DNA of 64,000 bases, taken from positions 15,562,001 to 15,626,000 of the forward strand of contig OZ316776.1 in assembly GCA_973851085.1 (NCBI GenBank), in the 5' to 3' direction. The notes under the pieces are model-generated. The model was not told the origin of the DNA, made no database searches, and worked only from the letters and a program-made list of their open reading frames with translations. Each line of letters begins with the position of its first letter. Positions within the stretch are counted from its first letter, which is position 1. The translations under genes were made by a program, and so were the position numbers. Source of the DNA: Ptychomitrium polyphyllum. Its lineage: Eukaryota. Shown piece by piece: positions 39,301-49,827 of the stretch.

Positions 39301-42300
39301 TTCATACAAAAACATTCAAATTTGAAGTAAATTCAAATTGAACTAATTTTACTTCAAATATTTATATGTTTTATAATTTGAAAAATGAATATGTTAACAA
39401 CTAATGAAACATGTTTAAACTATGAAAAAGATCATGTTAAATGAATTAACCTCATATTTTGTATTGTATAATACTTTTTTGAATTATATTAATGACACTT
39501 ATACTAATAGTTAATAAAAATAATATATAATTTGTATAATATAATTACTTTATGATGGTACAGAAGTACATTCATTTTCATTTTATAAAAAATAGAAATT
39601 GGATAGTGTTAATCAAGTAGTAATAATTCGATGTTTTAGAAAATCAATTTAGTTAATATATCAAATCTTTAAATAAGAAGGATTACTTTAAAGACCACTT
39701 CAATGTATGGTTCAATTCCTGAATGCTGGAGGAATTTGGACCAAAACCAAAATGAGTTTATAATATGTGATTTTTTACCTTTAATTGAGTTTGTACCAAA
39801 AGTAAACAAATAAGTTTGTCATCATGTCTTTAATGTAATGGTAATTAAGGCAATTTTTTGTCTCAAGAGTGAAGTCTCAAATGAAGTCTTAAACAATGTC
39901 TCAAATAAAGTCTCAATTGATATGTGCAAGTATACCTTGACTATAAGGTTTCTTTTATAAAAACCTAAATAAAAAGGAATGATATATAAAATCATATGTA
40001 ATATAAAAGTTTCAAATAATGGTATAAATTTCCATGAATTTAGATTTAAAGCATTTCCATTCAAATGTTCACCAAAAATACAATTTTTGTATTTAGGTTA
40101 TGATTTTTGAAACAATTGCAAAAAATCATACTTTATGTTAGAAAAGAAAAAGAAACATAAATGACAAAAACATGACTGCTTTTTTAAAGTAACAAATTTT
40201 ACTAAACAATGACAATATGGAGGTGTTCTACTTAAAAAATTCTTAAAAAGCAGATTTGAACTTGGCTTCATATGATTCAATTCGAGTTGGAAAGTGAATT
40301 TGATTTTTTATTAGAATATGCTTTTTACCTAAAAATTTTGAAAATTAAAAACCCTAGAGGCTTCAAGGACGACAGACACAGAATGATGATCACGTTGTGT
40401 AGAAGTTAAGCCAAGAATTGAACATTCCCATTAGTCAAAAAATTGATCTTGGCTTATCTTTCACTTAGACATGATCCAAGGTCAAGAGAGTTGACATCCT
40501 CAAGTGCTCTGTCAAACCAGTGTATAATTCTTCTTGACATGACCTAAGATTTGATTTTCAAAGTTGAACAGATTCCTTGGCCTTCATGTTACCATTTTGG
40601 CTCAGGCTTTGCAGGCTGGGCTTGGCTTGTGGCTAACGTGCCCACACGTTACCAATGGTGAGGCTCAAAGGGCATCTAACACCCACAGTGTACCCAATAC
40701 CAACTACACACAACACAGTCCTCCATTCAGTACACACAATCAATGACCCCTGCTCCCCCCACCAATACATACCCTTGTAAGTGATTTCTGTAAAGCATTT
40801 ATCATTGGTGAATTGTACTCCATATGACCAGGACTGAGGGTGCCATCTTACCATCACCATTAAACTACTATCCTAGGCAAGTTAACGCAGGTATTATTTT
40901 TTGTATCCACAATGATTACTGTAACTTTTTGGCGAATTGTAAAAAAGGTTAATTCTTTAGGCTGGTTCATTCTATACAGACATCCAAAATAGGGAATAAA
41001 TTAAACAAAAGAAACAAGAGACAGGGCTGAAAATCTGCCAATGTGCAGAGGTACATTCCTGGGCAGATGCTGGAATCAACCTATACATCATGAGCGTGAG
41101 CACTGGAGAATACTAATAACTTTGTCACAAATGAGCATGCAAGTATTGGTACCAGAGTCCATATTAGTGATGAGGAACTCTACGCCGGAGTGGCTGAGTC
41201 AGCTCCAACTTATTTACAATGACACTCATGATCATAGATCTCCTGGATTATGAGGATGATGATCATAAGAACACAAAGTTGACAAAGCTTCATATTTTTC
41301 TATGATATTGCAACATAGAAACAACCGAGAGGAAAATAGGGTTGATGGAGATAAACTCCAACAAATTTTAGAGAATGACCTTAAGCTTTGTTAATTGTAA
41401 TTGTGAAGGCAAGATGTACTAAGAATTCAGATTTTCTAAAATAATTGAAGAATCTGATTTAGTTGGAATTAGATTGATTTGATTGGAATCAATGAACTAA
41501 AACCAATTCATCAGTGTGATTCCTAACTGCAATCTTTGCATCTATCAAATGACCTTGAAATCCACAACAAATTAATTGAACAATGTTAAGGAATAAGGAA
41601 AATAGACCTTGTTTCAATATCAATTGACATGAAACAAAAGAACATAAAAAATTCAATTAAATACAAAGTTAAATTTTGAAAATGTTTTAATAAAACTTGT
41701 ATTTCTTAACAAATATAAAACCTCATTTCTAAAGGAAAAAATACATGCTTAGCATTTAATTCATCCATGGCTCTATTTGTTGGTATAAGAATTGTTCTTT
41801 CCATGATATTTTGGACATCACCAAAATGTTTCCAAAAAATTAGAATAAATGTGGTAAAAGAGCCTTTTTATTGTATTGTTTTAGTATTCATAATTTGGTA
41901 TACATATATCAAGTGGCAACACAATTTCACCAATATGCTTATAACCATGATACAATATTAAAAGATATTTTATTTTTTACACATAAAAAATACTTTGCAA
42001 AATCATTTTTAACAAACATCATGTTAAGATAGTAGACAGATACGTGATAAATTTCTAAGCTTCTCCAAACATAAGACTAAAACAGACAGTTGCACCCACT
42101 TTTAAAACAAAGTATCAAAGGTTGTATTCTTCCAACAATTCTTATTGAGAACTACCTACAACTTTTATACAAATCTTAAGCTTTAAAATGTACAATTTTT
42201 GTAGATGGTTTATATTTTGGAAGATAAGTGGCGGATTCGAATATGCATCTTTTATATGGAGGACGTGAATTTGCAATGGTGGAAGAATGCTAAAACTCTT

Positions 42301-42967
42301 GATTGGCTCATAAACCACAACTTGCAATTTCTTTAGTGCAAAAAGAAATACCATTTCTTTTGCCATATTTAAAAATTCATTGCTTTGTTTGACTATGTGA
42401 TGATAATAAATGAAACAAGTTGGGGCTAAAAAAAAATGATGTAGAGTGAAGGAACATCTATGAAAGCCATAAAAATAAGAATGTTCTAATAGGATCCACA
42501 AGACAGCTTTGTTTTGCAAGATTGATATTAACTTGCCTTAAGTAAGTATTAAAGGCTTTTAACAATGCAAATGCATTTGTGCAAGGATTTGCAATCTCCA
42601 CCTGCCATGGCATATCTTCCTTTATGTACTTGGCATGTAAGAAGAAATTAAGCTTGAGAACTCTTTTGCAAGTCAAAGATTGATGTTGTTTTGTTGGTGA
42701 AAATAACAATATTTTGAAATTTAGCTTATTCAATAGTTTATTGTTGAATTTTTCTTCAAGGTGCAAATTTTATATCAAAATTTTCTTTTATTGACTTTTA
42801 GAAAAGAAACTGCTAGAGAGTCAAAAAAATTTAAATGAATTCTTAATTGATTCTATGAGAAGTCAAAATAAATAAAATTAAGATGTTCACTTTTTGTGTG
42901 TGAAAAACCAATTGATGGATTGTTCCCAATTTAAATGAGTTGTTTTGTGAGTGTAAGAGATAGAAGA

Positions 42968-43357
42968 TGTTAAGGACAGAGTAACTACAAAATAAGGCTC
43001 TATGATTCCAAGATGTGGAACAAGATAAGTCCAAGTATATTATAGGTATAGAATTACAATAAGGTACAAAAGACAAGGCCAGAAGGTCTGATCTAGACCA
43101 CAAGAGATGTATTGTCAAGACTGAAGAGCTCTTTAGCCTTGACTCCTATTAATACTATAACTATAAGCCTTGGAAGCTTCTTGAAAAGCTTCACTTACAT
43201 TGCTTCATACTCAAGCAATCTTGGGTTGCTTCCTTGGAAGTTTCTTAGGCCAAGGTAACTTCCTTAGAAGCTTTATAATTTAAATGTAACTTCCTTGAAA
43301 ATTTCCTAAATCTTCTAAGAATCTTTTTAGATGCTTCTAATATGTATGTCCGTAATA
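42968..43357 (-). repeat. 3' LTR of copy B
   Basis: Direct repeat of 49415-49827 with many substitutions and small indels, adjacent to the PPT. Confidence 0.92.
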
Positions 43358-43383
43358 TCACCTCCCTTCTAGCTCTGAGGTCT

Positions 43384-43752
43384 CTAAGAAGCAACAAATG
43401 CTCAAAGTCATAAAAAGTAAAAAAATTGTCGCATGATATCTGCAACATACTCCAATTGCCTTTTTCAATTCAAATGGTTCATGGATCCTTATAACCACCA
43501 ATAATGTTCAACGCCTTCTATTTGGGACCAAGCATGAACTTTCATATTTTTGTTGTGAAAGCGTCCTTAAAAAGTAGCTTCTGAATAACCTTTGTAAACT
43601 GGTTCCACTTCAAAAACAATCACCAGCGATCTATTGCTGGGTATCCTCCGACGTCTTCTTAGTCCAATCTGTTTTTTATTATAAGATTGTTGACGAAAGC
43701 CATTTGGTTGGGTAGACACCATTGGCATGGTATCTGCATCTTGACTGTCCAT
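43384..43752 (-). pseudogene. Extra ORF relic (post-pol ORF3) of retroelement copy B
   Basis: MDSQDADTM...FEVE...F*GRFHNK...WSQIEG...*GSMNHLN*KRQLEY...MRQFFYFL in a single frame, interrupted only by TAA/TGA stops. Confidence 0.7.
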
Positions 43753-43949
43753 ATCTAAAATATCGAGCTAATCTCAAAAAATTATGACAATCTTCAAAAT
43801 ACAAACGAATAAATTCTAAATCATGTCTAGGGCTTTGGAACTTATGATCTAGAAATTACTTTCTCTCATACTTAAAAGCCCAAGCATCAAGAGCCTTCAA
43901 GGTTATACAACCTTACCGAGCTACTATTTTATATGCTGCTACTTTTTAT

Positions 43950-44115
43950 CTAGATGGATGTTGTCAATGGAATTCACAAACTTTTACTGGTGAATTGACA
44001 AAGTTATTAGCTGGTTCCCATGTACGTTCACTGATATCATATCCCGCCAATGTACCAAGTATTTCAGCTTTCCACATCTTATTCATGAATCAAGCATTTC
44101 TTCCACTTCAAATTC
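43950..44115 (-). other. Integrase C-terminal chromodomain of copy B
   Basis: EFEVEEMLDS*IRCGKLKYLVHW..YDISERTWEPANNFVN matches the chromodomain pattern (FEVE..LD, YLV.W, TWEP). Confidence 0.85.
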
Positions 44116-44849
44116 ATGATGATCGTTGATTTCAACTAGAGGTGGTAGCAGCTGCCTTTGTCCATGGATACTTGATTCCTTATAACTGTCCAAAAGTGAA
44201 ACGTGGAAGACAGAATGTACCTTCATTGATGTTGGTAGTTCCAAACGATATGCCACGTGGTTGACTTGTTTTTCAATTGCAAATGGTTCCAATCTGCAAT
44301 AGTCTAGCTTGTTACATGGCCTACTGGTCCTTATATTGCGTTAAAGGAGCCACACATTTTCACCAACTTGGAATGGAAGTTGTTCCTTCCTTGTTGCATC
44401 TGCTGCTGTTTTGTAATATTTCCAAGTGTCTTCTAGATGAGTCTTCATGGTTGTTTGAAGCTCTGCCATTCTTTTGGCAAAAACCTCTGCTATTGGATTT
44501 TCAAATTGTGGAGGCTCTAACATATCCATTTTTGGATGATGTCCATAGTTGGAATAGAATGGCTTTTGTTGGATGGAAGTGTGAGTGGTATTATTGTAGG
44601 CTAATTCAGCCAATGTCAGGTAGGAAGTCCAATCATCTTGTTGATAGTTGATGGTACACCTAAAATATTGCTCCAAGATCTAGTTGCCTTGCTTTGTTTG
44701 GCCAACGGTCTAAGGATGGAAGGCAAAAAAAAGATTGATATCCATCTTAAGGATTTCAAAGAGTAACTTCCAAAATCTTGATACAAACTGTGGTCCACAA
44801 TCCGATATAATACCTTCGGGCAATCCATAGTAGTGGTAGACATTATCCA

Positions 44850-45994
44850 TGTCGCGCACCTGTCCTTAAGGAGTGCCTGCAACACTAAGGGCATAAGGGG
44901 GACCCCGGAATGACGTTCGGGACTTGTGGTGCCGATAGTGAGGGGAACCGAGTGGGCCTAGCGTGCGAAGAACCCCTAGAGCGAGAAACATCCTCACCCA
45001 TGTAGACCGAGGGCCACAAAGGATAAATCGTGGGTATTGGAGGAATCACGAAGAGCTGATTCTAGAATGCTAAAGATTGCCCAAATCGGACAAGGGAGCT
45101 AAAAGTTATGGCATCCCAAAGTTGGGGTTGCCAAGGGGCTGTTTTGGAGTGCGGCAGCCCTACACAGTGACTGTACTGGAGTGGGACAGTCCAGGGAGGG
45201 ACTCCTCGGGAGTCCCGAACCTTGGGAGAGGCGTATCTCCCATAATACTAACTCAAATTGGACGTTTGAGGAGTCTATCGGCATCTACGCAAAGAGTAGA
45301 TGACGATTGAATGGTTGCTTGATACATTTGGGCACCAATTGAGGAAGATATGGCTCCCTAAAGGTCCGTTGGGAGTCCCGGAGGCTTCCAGCGGCTAAGT
45401 TCCAAGGGAGATCGGGTGGTCTTCCAAAACTTTAGGTATGTTGGGGTTCAGCCAGCTATAGAGAGCCAGGGGGCCTGCCAAATCCCACAGAGAATACTAT
45501 AAGGGAGAGCTGGTCCCCCTCCCCACTCCCCTAGTGTCCTGGTAAAGACCAAGGGTGAGTCCCGGTTGGTGGAGCTAGTGTTGGGGCTTCACCACGGGGA
45601 CTCCCACACCATTGTGAGCCGGTGGACGGCCGGTTTCACAGAGAGAACTAGCACGTTCAAAAGGGTACGCTTGTTACCACTAAGTTGGAGTGGTGTCTTC
45701 ACGCCGGCACCATGATGGCCCGGGGTGATCTTAGGATCACTTGGGCATCACGAGTGGTGGTGAGGAGACACCACTAAGTGCGGTTAGGCCGTGTGGAATG
45801 GGAGTAACACCAAGTGAGGCCTTGGACATGAATGGAAGTCCGCACCTAATCATTGGCTACGAATCAATTGGGTGTCTTAAGAGAAATGGTAGAGAGACTT
45901 GGAAAGTGAGAATGGGGGTTAACCATGTGCATGTGGGGGTGTACAGGGTTGACGTGCGTGACGTTTGCTAAGGTGCATTACAAGGGTTGCGACA
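44850..45994. mobile_element. GC-rich solo-LTR-like insertion of a different family inside the integrase of copy B
   Basis: Abrupt rise in GC and CpG content. Inverted termini TGTCGC...GCGACA. No long ORF. Interrupts integrase at ..|(M)DNVYHYYGLP. No TSD visible; the right end could instead be 46019. Confidence 0.72.
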
Positions 45995-47586
45995 AAGAGG
46001 GTCCTTGGTAGATGCTACACGCTTCTTGTCATGGAATAATGAATCCACCAGAGTTGGAATGGTGGTTGTGCATATATAAAACCATTTGGGTCTCAACAAA
46101 GTTCCTTGTTGTTGATTGTGTACTGCCTCTCCTTTCTTTAGCGCAAGGTATGATCGCCTTAACAAAGCATTTGATAACCCTTGTTATTTTCTGAGATGAT
46201 ATATGATACAAATATCAAATTGAGATAGAGAAATATTCCAACAAGCTTGGCAGCGATTCAAAACACGGGCTGATATGAAATATTTCAAGTTCTTGTGATT
46301 TGTATATACAATTACTCGATACACGGCACCCTCAAGCAAGTGACGCCATTCTTAGAAAGAATCCACAATTGCAAGGAGTTCCTTGTCGTGGATCTTGTCG
46401 TTGATTTTTGCAGTTGAAAATTTTCTGGAATGGAATGTAATCGGATGGAATCTTCCTTCTTTCCCTGTTTGTGACAAAACTACTCTTAGTACAAAGTTGA
46501 AAGCATCTATTTTTAGATAAAATTGCTTTGAAAGTCTAGATGGAGCAGAAGAGGAGCTGTAATAAAAGCTTGCTTAAAACTTTGGAATGCATTCTTAGCA
46601 TCGGATTTCCATTCAAGCTTTTCCTTGCATGTTAGTTGCGTGAGTGGTATAGCTATTCAAGAATAGTCCTTAATGAAGATCCTATAGAAATTTGCAAATG
46701 TAAGAAAGCATTGGACATTACGTATTGATTTTGGCCTCGTCCAATCGCTAACTGCTTTGATCTTCTTTGGATCCATTAATAATCCTTCGTTGGAGATGAT
46801 ATAACCAAGGAATTCCACCTGAGGTTTGTGGAATGCACATTTCTCCAGTTTGGGATACAAACCGGCATCTCGTAGCTTTTGTAGGACTATGCGGACATGT
46901 TCATGTTCCTTTGGATTCTTTGAGTAGATCAAGATATTATCCAAATAATATACAACAAAATCATCGAGGCACTCCCAAAATATGTTGTTCATCAAGTGTT
47001 GAATTTAGGCGGGTGCGTTGGTAAGTTCAAAAGATATGACATTGTATTCAAAATGTTCATACCTTGTTCAAAAAGTTGTCTTCTATTTGTCTCCTTTTTT
47101 GATGCGCACCAAATTGTAGGTTCCTTGTAGGTCTATTTTGGTATAGATCTTTGCTTTGCCAAATTGATCAAGAAGCCCAAATATTAGCGGCAATGGATAT
47201 TGGTTCTTCACCTTCATTTTGTTGAAGCTGCAATAATCGACATACATTTGTATGGATCCATCTTTCTTCTTTACAAAAAGTATTGGAGCACCAGCAAGAA
47301 TCTTTGAATGTTGTATAAAGTTTTTGGCTAAGTTTTCATCAATATACTCTCTTAGTGATGAAAGCTCGTTTTGGGATAAATTATAGATAGGTCCAAATAG
47401 TGGTTTGGTGTCGTCTTAGAGGTCTATGGCACAATCATGAAGATGATGTTCTAAAAGGATGTCTGCATTCTTATTTTCAAATACATCGTTGAATTCCTTA
47501 TACTTTTCTAGAATGATTGAAGATGAAGCCACAACTTTGAATGTTGGAATTGCATACACAGTAAAAGAAGTACTAGTCTTTGCTGC

Positions 47587-47682
47587 TCTCATAAATGCTC
47601 TAGCTCCAATGAAGAGAGGTTTTATGATTTTAGATCTCATAAATGCTCTAGCTCCAATGAAGAGAGGTTTTATGATTTTAGA
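47587..47682. repeat. Perfect 48-bp in-frame tandem duplication in the protease-RT linker
   Basis: Encodes RSKIIKPLFIGARAFM twice on the minus strand. Confidence 0.92.
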
Positions 47683-49414
47683 TCTGTAAGATGCTTCAGT
47701 TTCATTTGTAGACTTAGTAATTACAAATTCTAATGATGGAAATTCTATTTTGCGAAATGCCCAATTTATCTGCAAGTTGTTCTTTTCAAGGTAAGAAAGC
47801 CTTAGAATGACGGAACTTAACGGAGACCTAATGATATTAAATATCACTTGACTACTATGGTTGTTCAATGTTACTGTTAATAGATTGATCTCATGAACAA
47901 CATCTCCAAAAGATAACAGTCGACCATCTATGACTTCTACACGGACGGGTTTGGATTTTTTATTAAAAAGAAACTTATGAGCTTTCATAAATTCTTTGTC
48001 AATAAAGCAAACAGAGGCTCTTGAATATATTAGAGCAAGGCTTTTGAACTTCTGAATACCTAAGCAAACAAATATAGTAAAACAAGAGGAAGGATGGCCT
48101 AATAGAATATGACCTTTTTTTCTTGCAAAAGAAGCAGATCCAGTGCACGGTCCCAGCTATGGCTAAACGTCCTTGTTTTCCTACAAAGTGTTTGGCATTG
48201 TGGTCGTATCTTTCATCCAATATGTACGTAGAGGTTTTTCTGGGCAATTATCAACGTTGTGGCTAGATTTTTCACAGTACAAACACAACCTTTGCTCCCT
48301 TTGCCGCTTCTTCTCATGTTTAGTAAGAAACTTGAAGCAAACCGCATCAATCTGCATGGCTTTTACTCCCAAATACGTATTAGAAGTAGAGAAGGCTACA
48401 TCTACTGAAAAGTTGGTATATGGCCAAGGCGTAATGAAACTCTATTTATTTTGTCTATGTTGAGATAGACGATTATCGCACTTCAAAGCTTGGATGATGG
48501 CCTCATCAAGTGTTTGGGGGTCTGGCATGGATAGCAATAAATTTTTAACCTCGTCGCGTACACCTCAATAAAATTGACTCATCAACGCTTCTTCTTTTCA
48601 ATTGATGTCATATGTAAGTTGTTGAAATTTTGATCCATAAATTGATATAGAACATGGCCTTTGGCGCAAGGCACAAATTTTAGTAATTGCATAACAAACC
48701 TTGTCATGGTCACCAAATGCTTCTGCAAATGCGGCTAAGAATGCATCAAAGTTGCAAATTGTGGGAGAATTCTTCTCAAAAAGTAGTGCAAACCAAGACA
48801 ATGCTTCTCCTAAAAGCAACCTTCCTACCAAATCAACACGTAAAGCGTCAATAGAGTACCGTTGAGGTTGAAGCAAGGTAAGAAGTTGAACTTGGTTAAC
48901 AAAGCCTTAAAATTTTGAACGCATACCATCAAATTGCTCCAGAAAGCTGATTCTTGGTTCTTTGGTCATTGGCGTTGAATTCCTAGTTTGAACTTGTCTG
49001 TCATCTACCAAATCAAGTCTAGATGATGAAGCACCTAAGTTAACTTGGGATAGCAACTGCGGTGTTTCTGCTCCATAACAATTATGTATGGTCAAATACA
49101 GTTCTTTGTTTTGCTTGGATAAAGACTCGATTTTGATCCTCAATGCTTCAAGGGCATTGATAATGGAATCTAACTTTGTTTCTTTTGAATCAAACATATT
49201 GACTTCTTCACCTCTTGCCATGGAAATGAAGTGAGAATAGATTAAAACTGATAACTATGCAAGAAACCAAAGAAAATTCAAGAAGAAATATTAGTCCAGG
49301 GGAGGGTAATCCGCAACCTCTAAAGTACTATAGTGCTTTTGAGAAAGAGGGATAATCCGCTCTCTATTAAGAAAGACCAAGCTCTGATATTGTTGTATGG
49401 CAGTCTTGACAAAT

Positions 49415-49827
49415 TGTTACAAACAAAGTAACTACAAGATAAGGCTCCAGGATTCCAAGATGTAGAGCAAGATAAGTCCAAGTATATTATAGATATAGAA
49501 TTACAACAAGGTACAAAAGACAAGGCTAGAAGGTCTGAGCTAGATCACAAAAGATGTGTTGTTGAGACTAAAGAGCTCTTTAGCCTCGACTCCTATTAAT
49601 ACTAGAACTATAAGCCTTGGAAGCTTCTTGAGGAGCTTCACCTTAAATACATTGAGTACATTGAGTACATTGCTTCATACTCAAGCAACCTTAAGTTGCT
49701 TCCTTGGAAGTTTCTTAAGCCAAAATAACTTCCTTGGAAGCTTTCTAAACCAAAGATAATTTCTTTGGAAACTTCCTAAATCTTCTAAGAACCTTTCTAG
49801 ATGCTTCTAATATGTATGTTGGTCACA
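49415..49827 (-). repeat. 5' LTR of copy B
   Basis: TG...CA termini, homologous to 42968-43357, with a local TACATTGAG duplication. Confidence 0.92.

Larger units (their letters stand above)
42968..49827 (-). mobile_element. Degenerated Ty3/gypsy chromovirus LTR retrotransposon with both LTRs (copy B; Tcn1/Tf1-sushi-like by inference)
   Basis: LTRs at 49415-49827 and 42968-43357. Flanks GAAGA/AAAGA form a TSD with one mismatch. PPT AGAAGGGAGGTGA abuts the 3' LTR. Gag starts at 49221 with a zinc knuckle (LCLYCEKSSHNVDNCP), followed by protease ~48050-47700, RT (VVYYLDNILIYSK), RNase H, integrase core, GPY/F-like motif (VAYRLELPTSMKVHSVFHVSLL) and chromodomain. Confidence 0.95.

Noticed and set aside
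33850..40300. Possible transposase, Helitron or viral relics in the AT-rich block, including ORFs at 36638-37153
   Set aside because: No diagnostic motif or termini readable by eye. A profile search would be needed.
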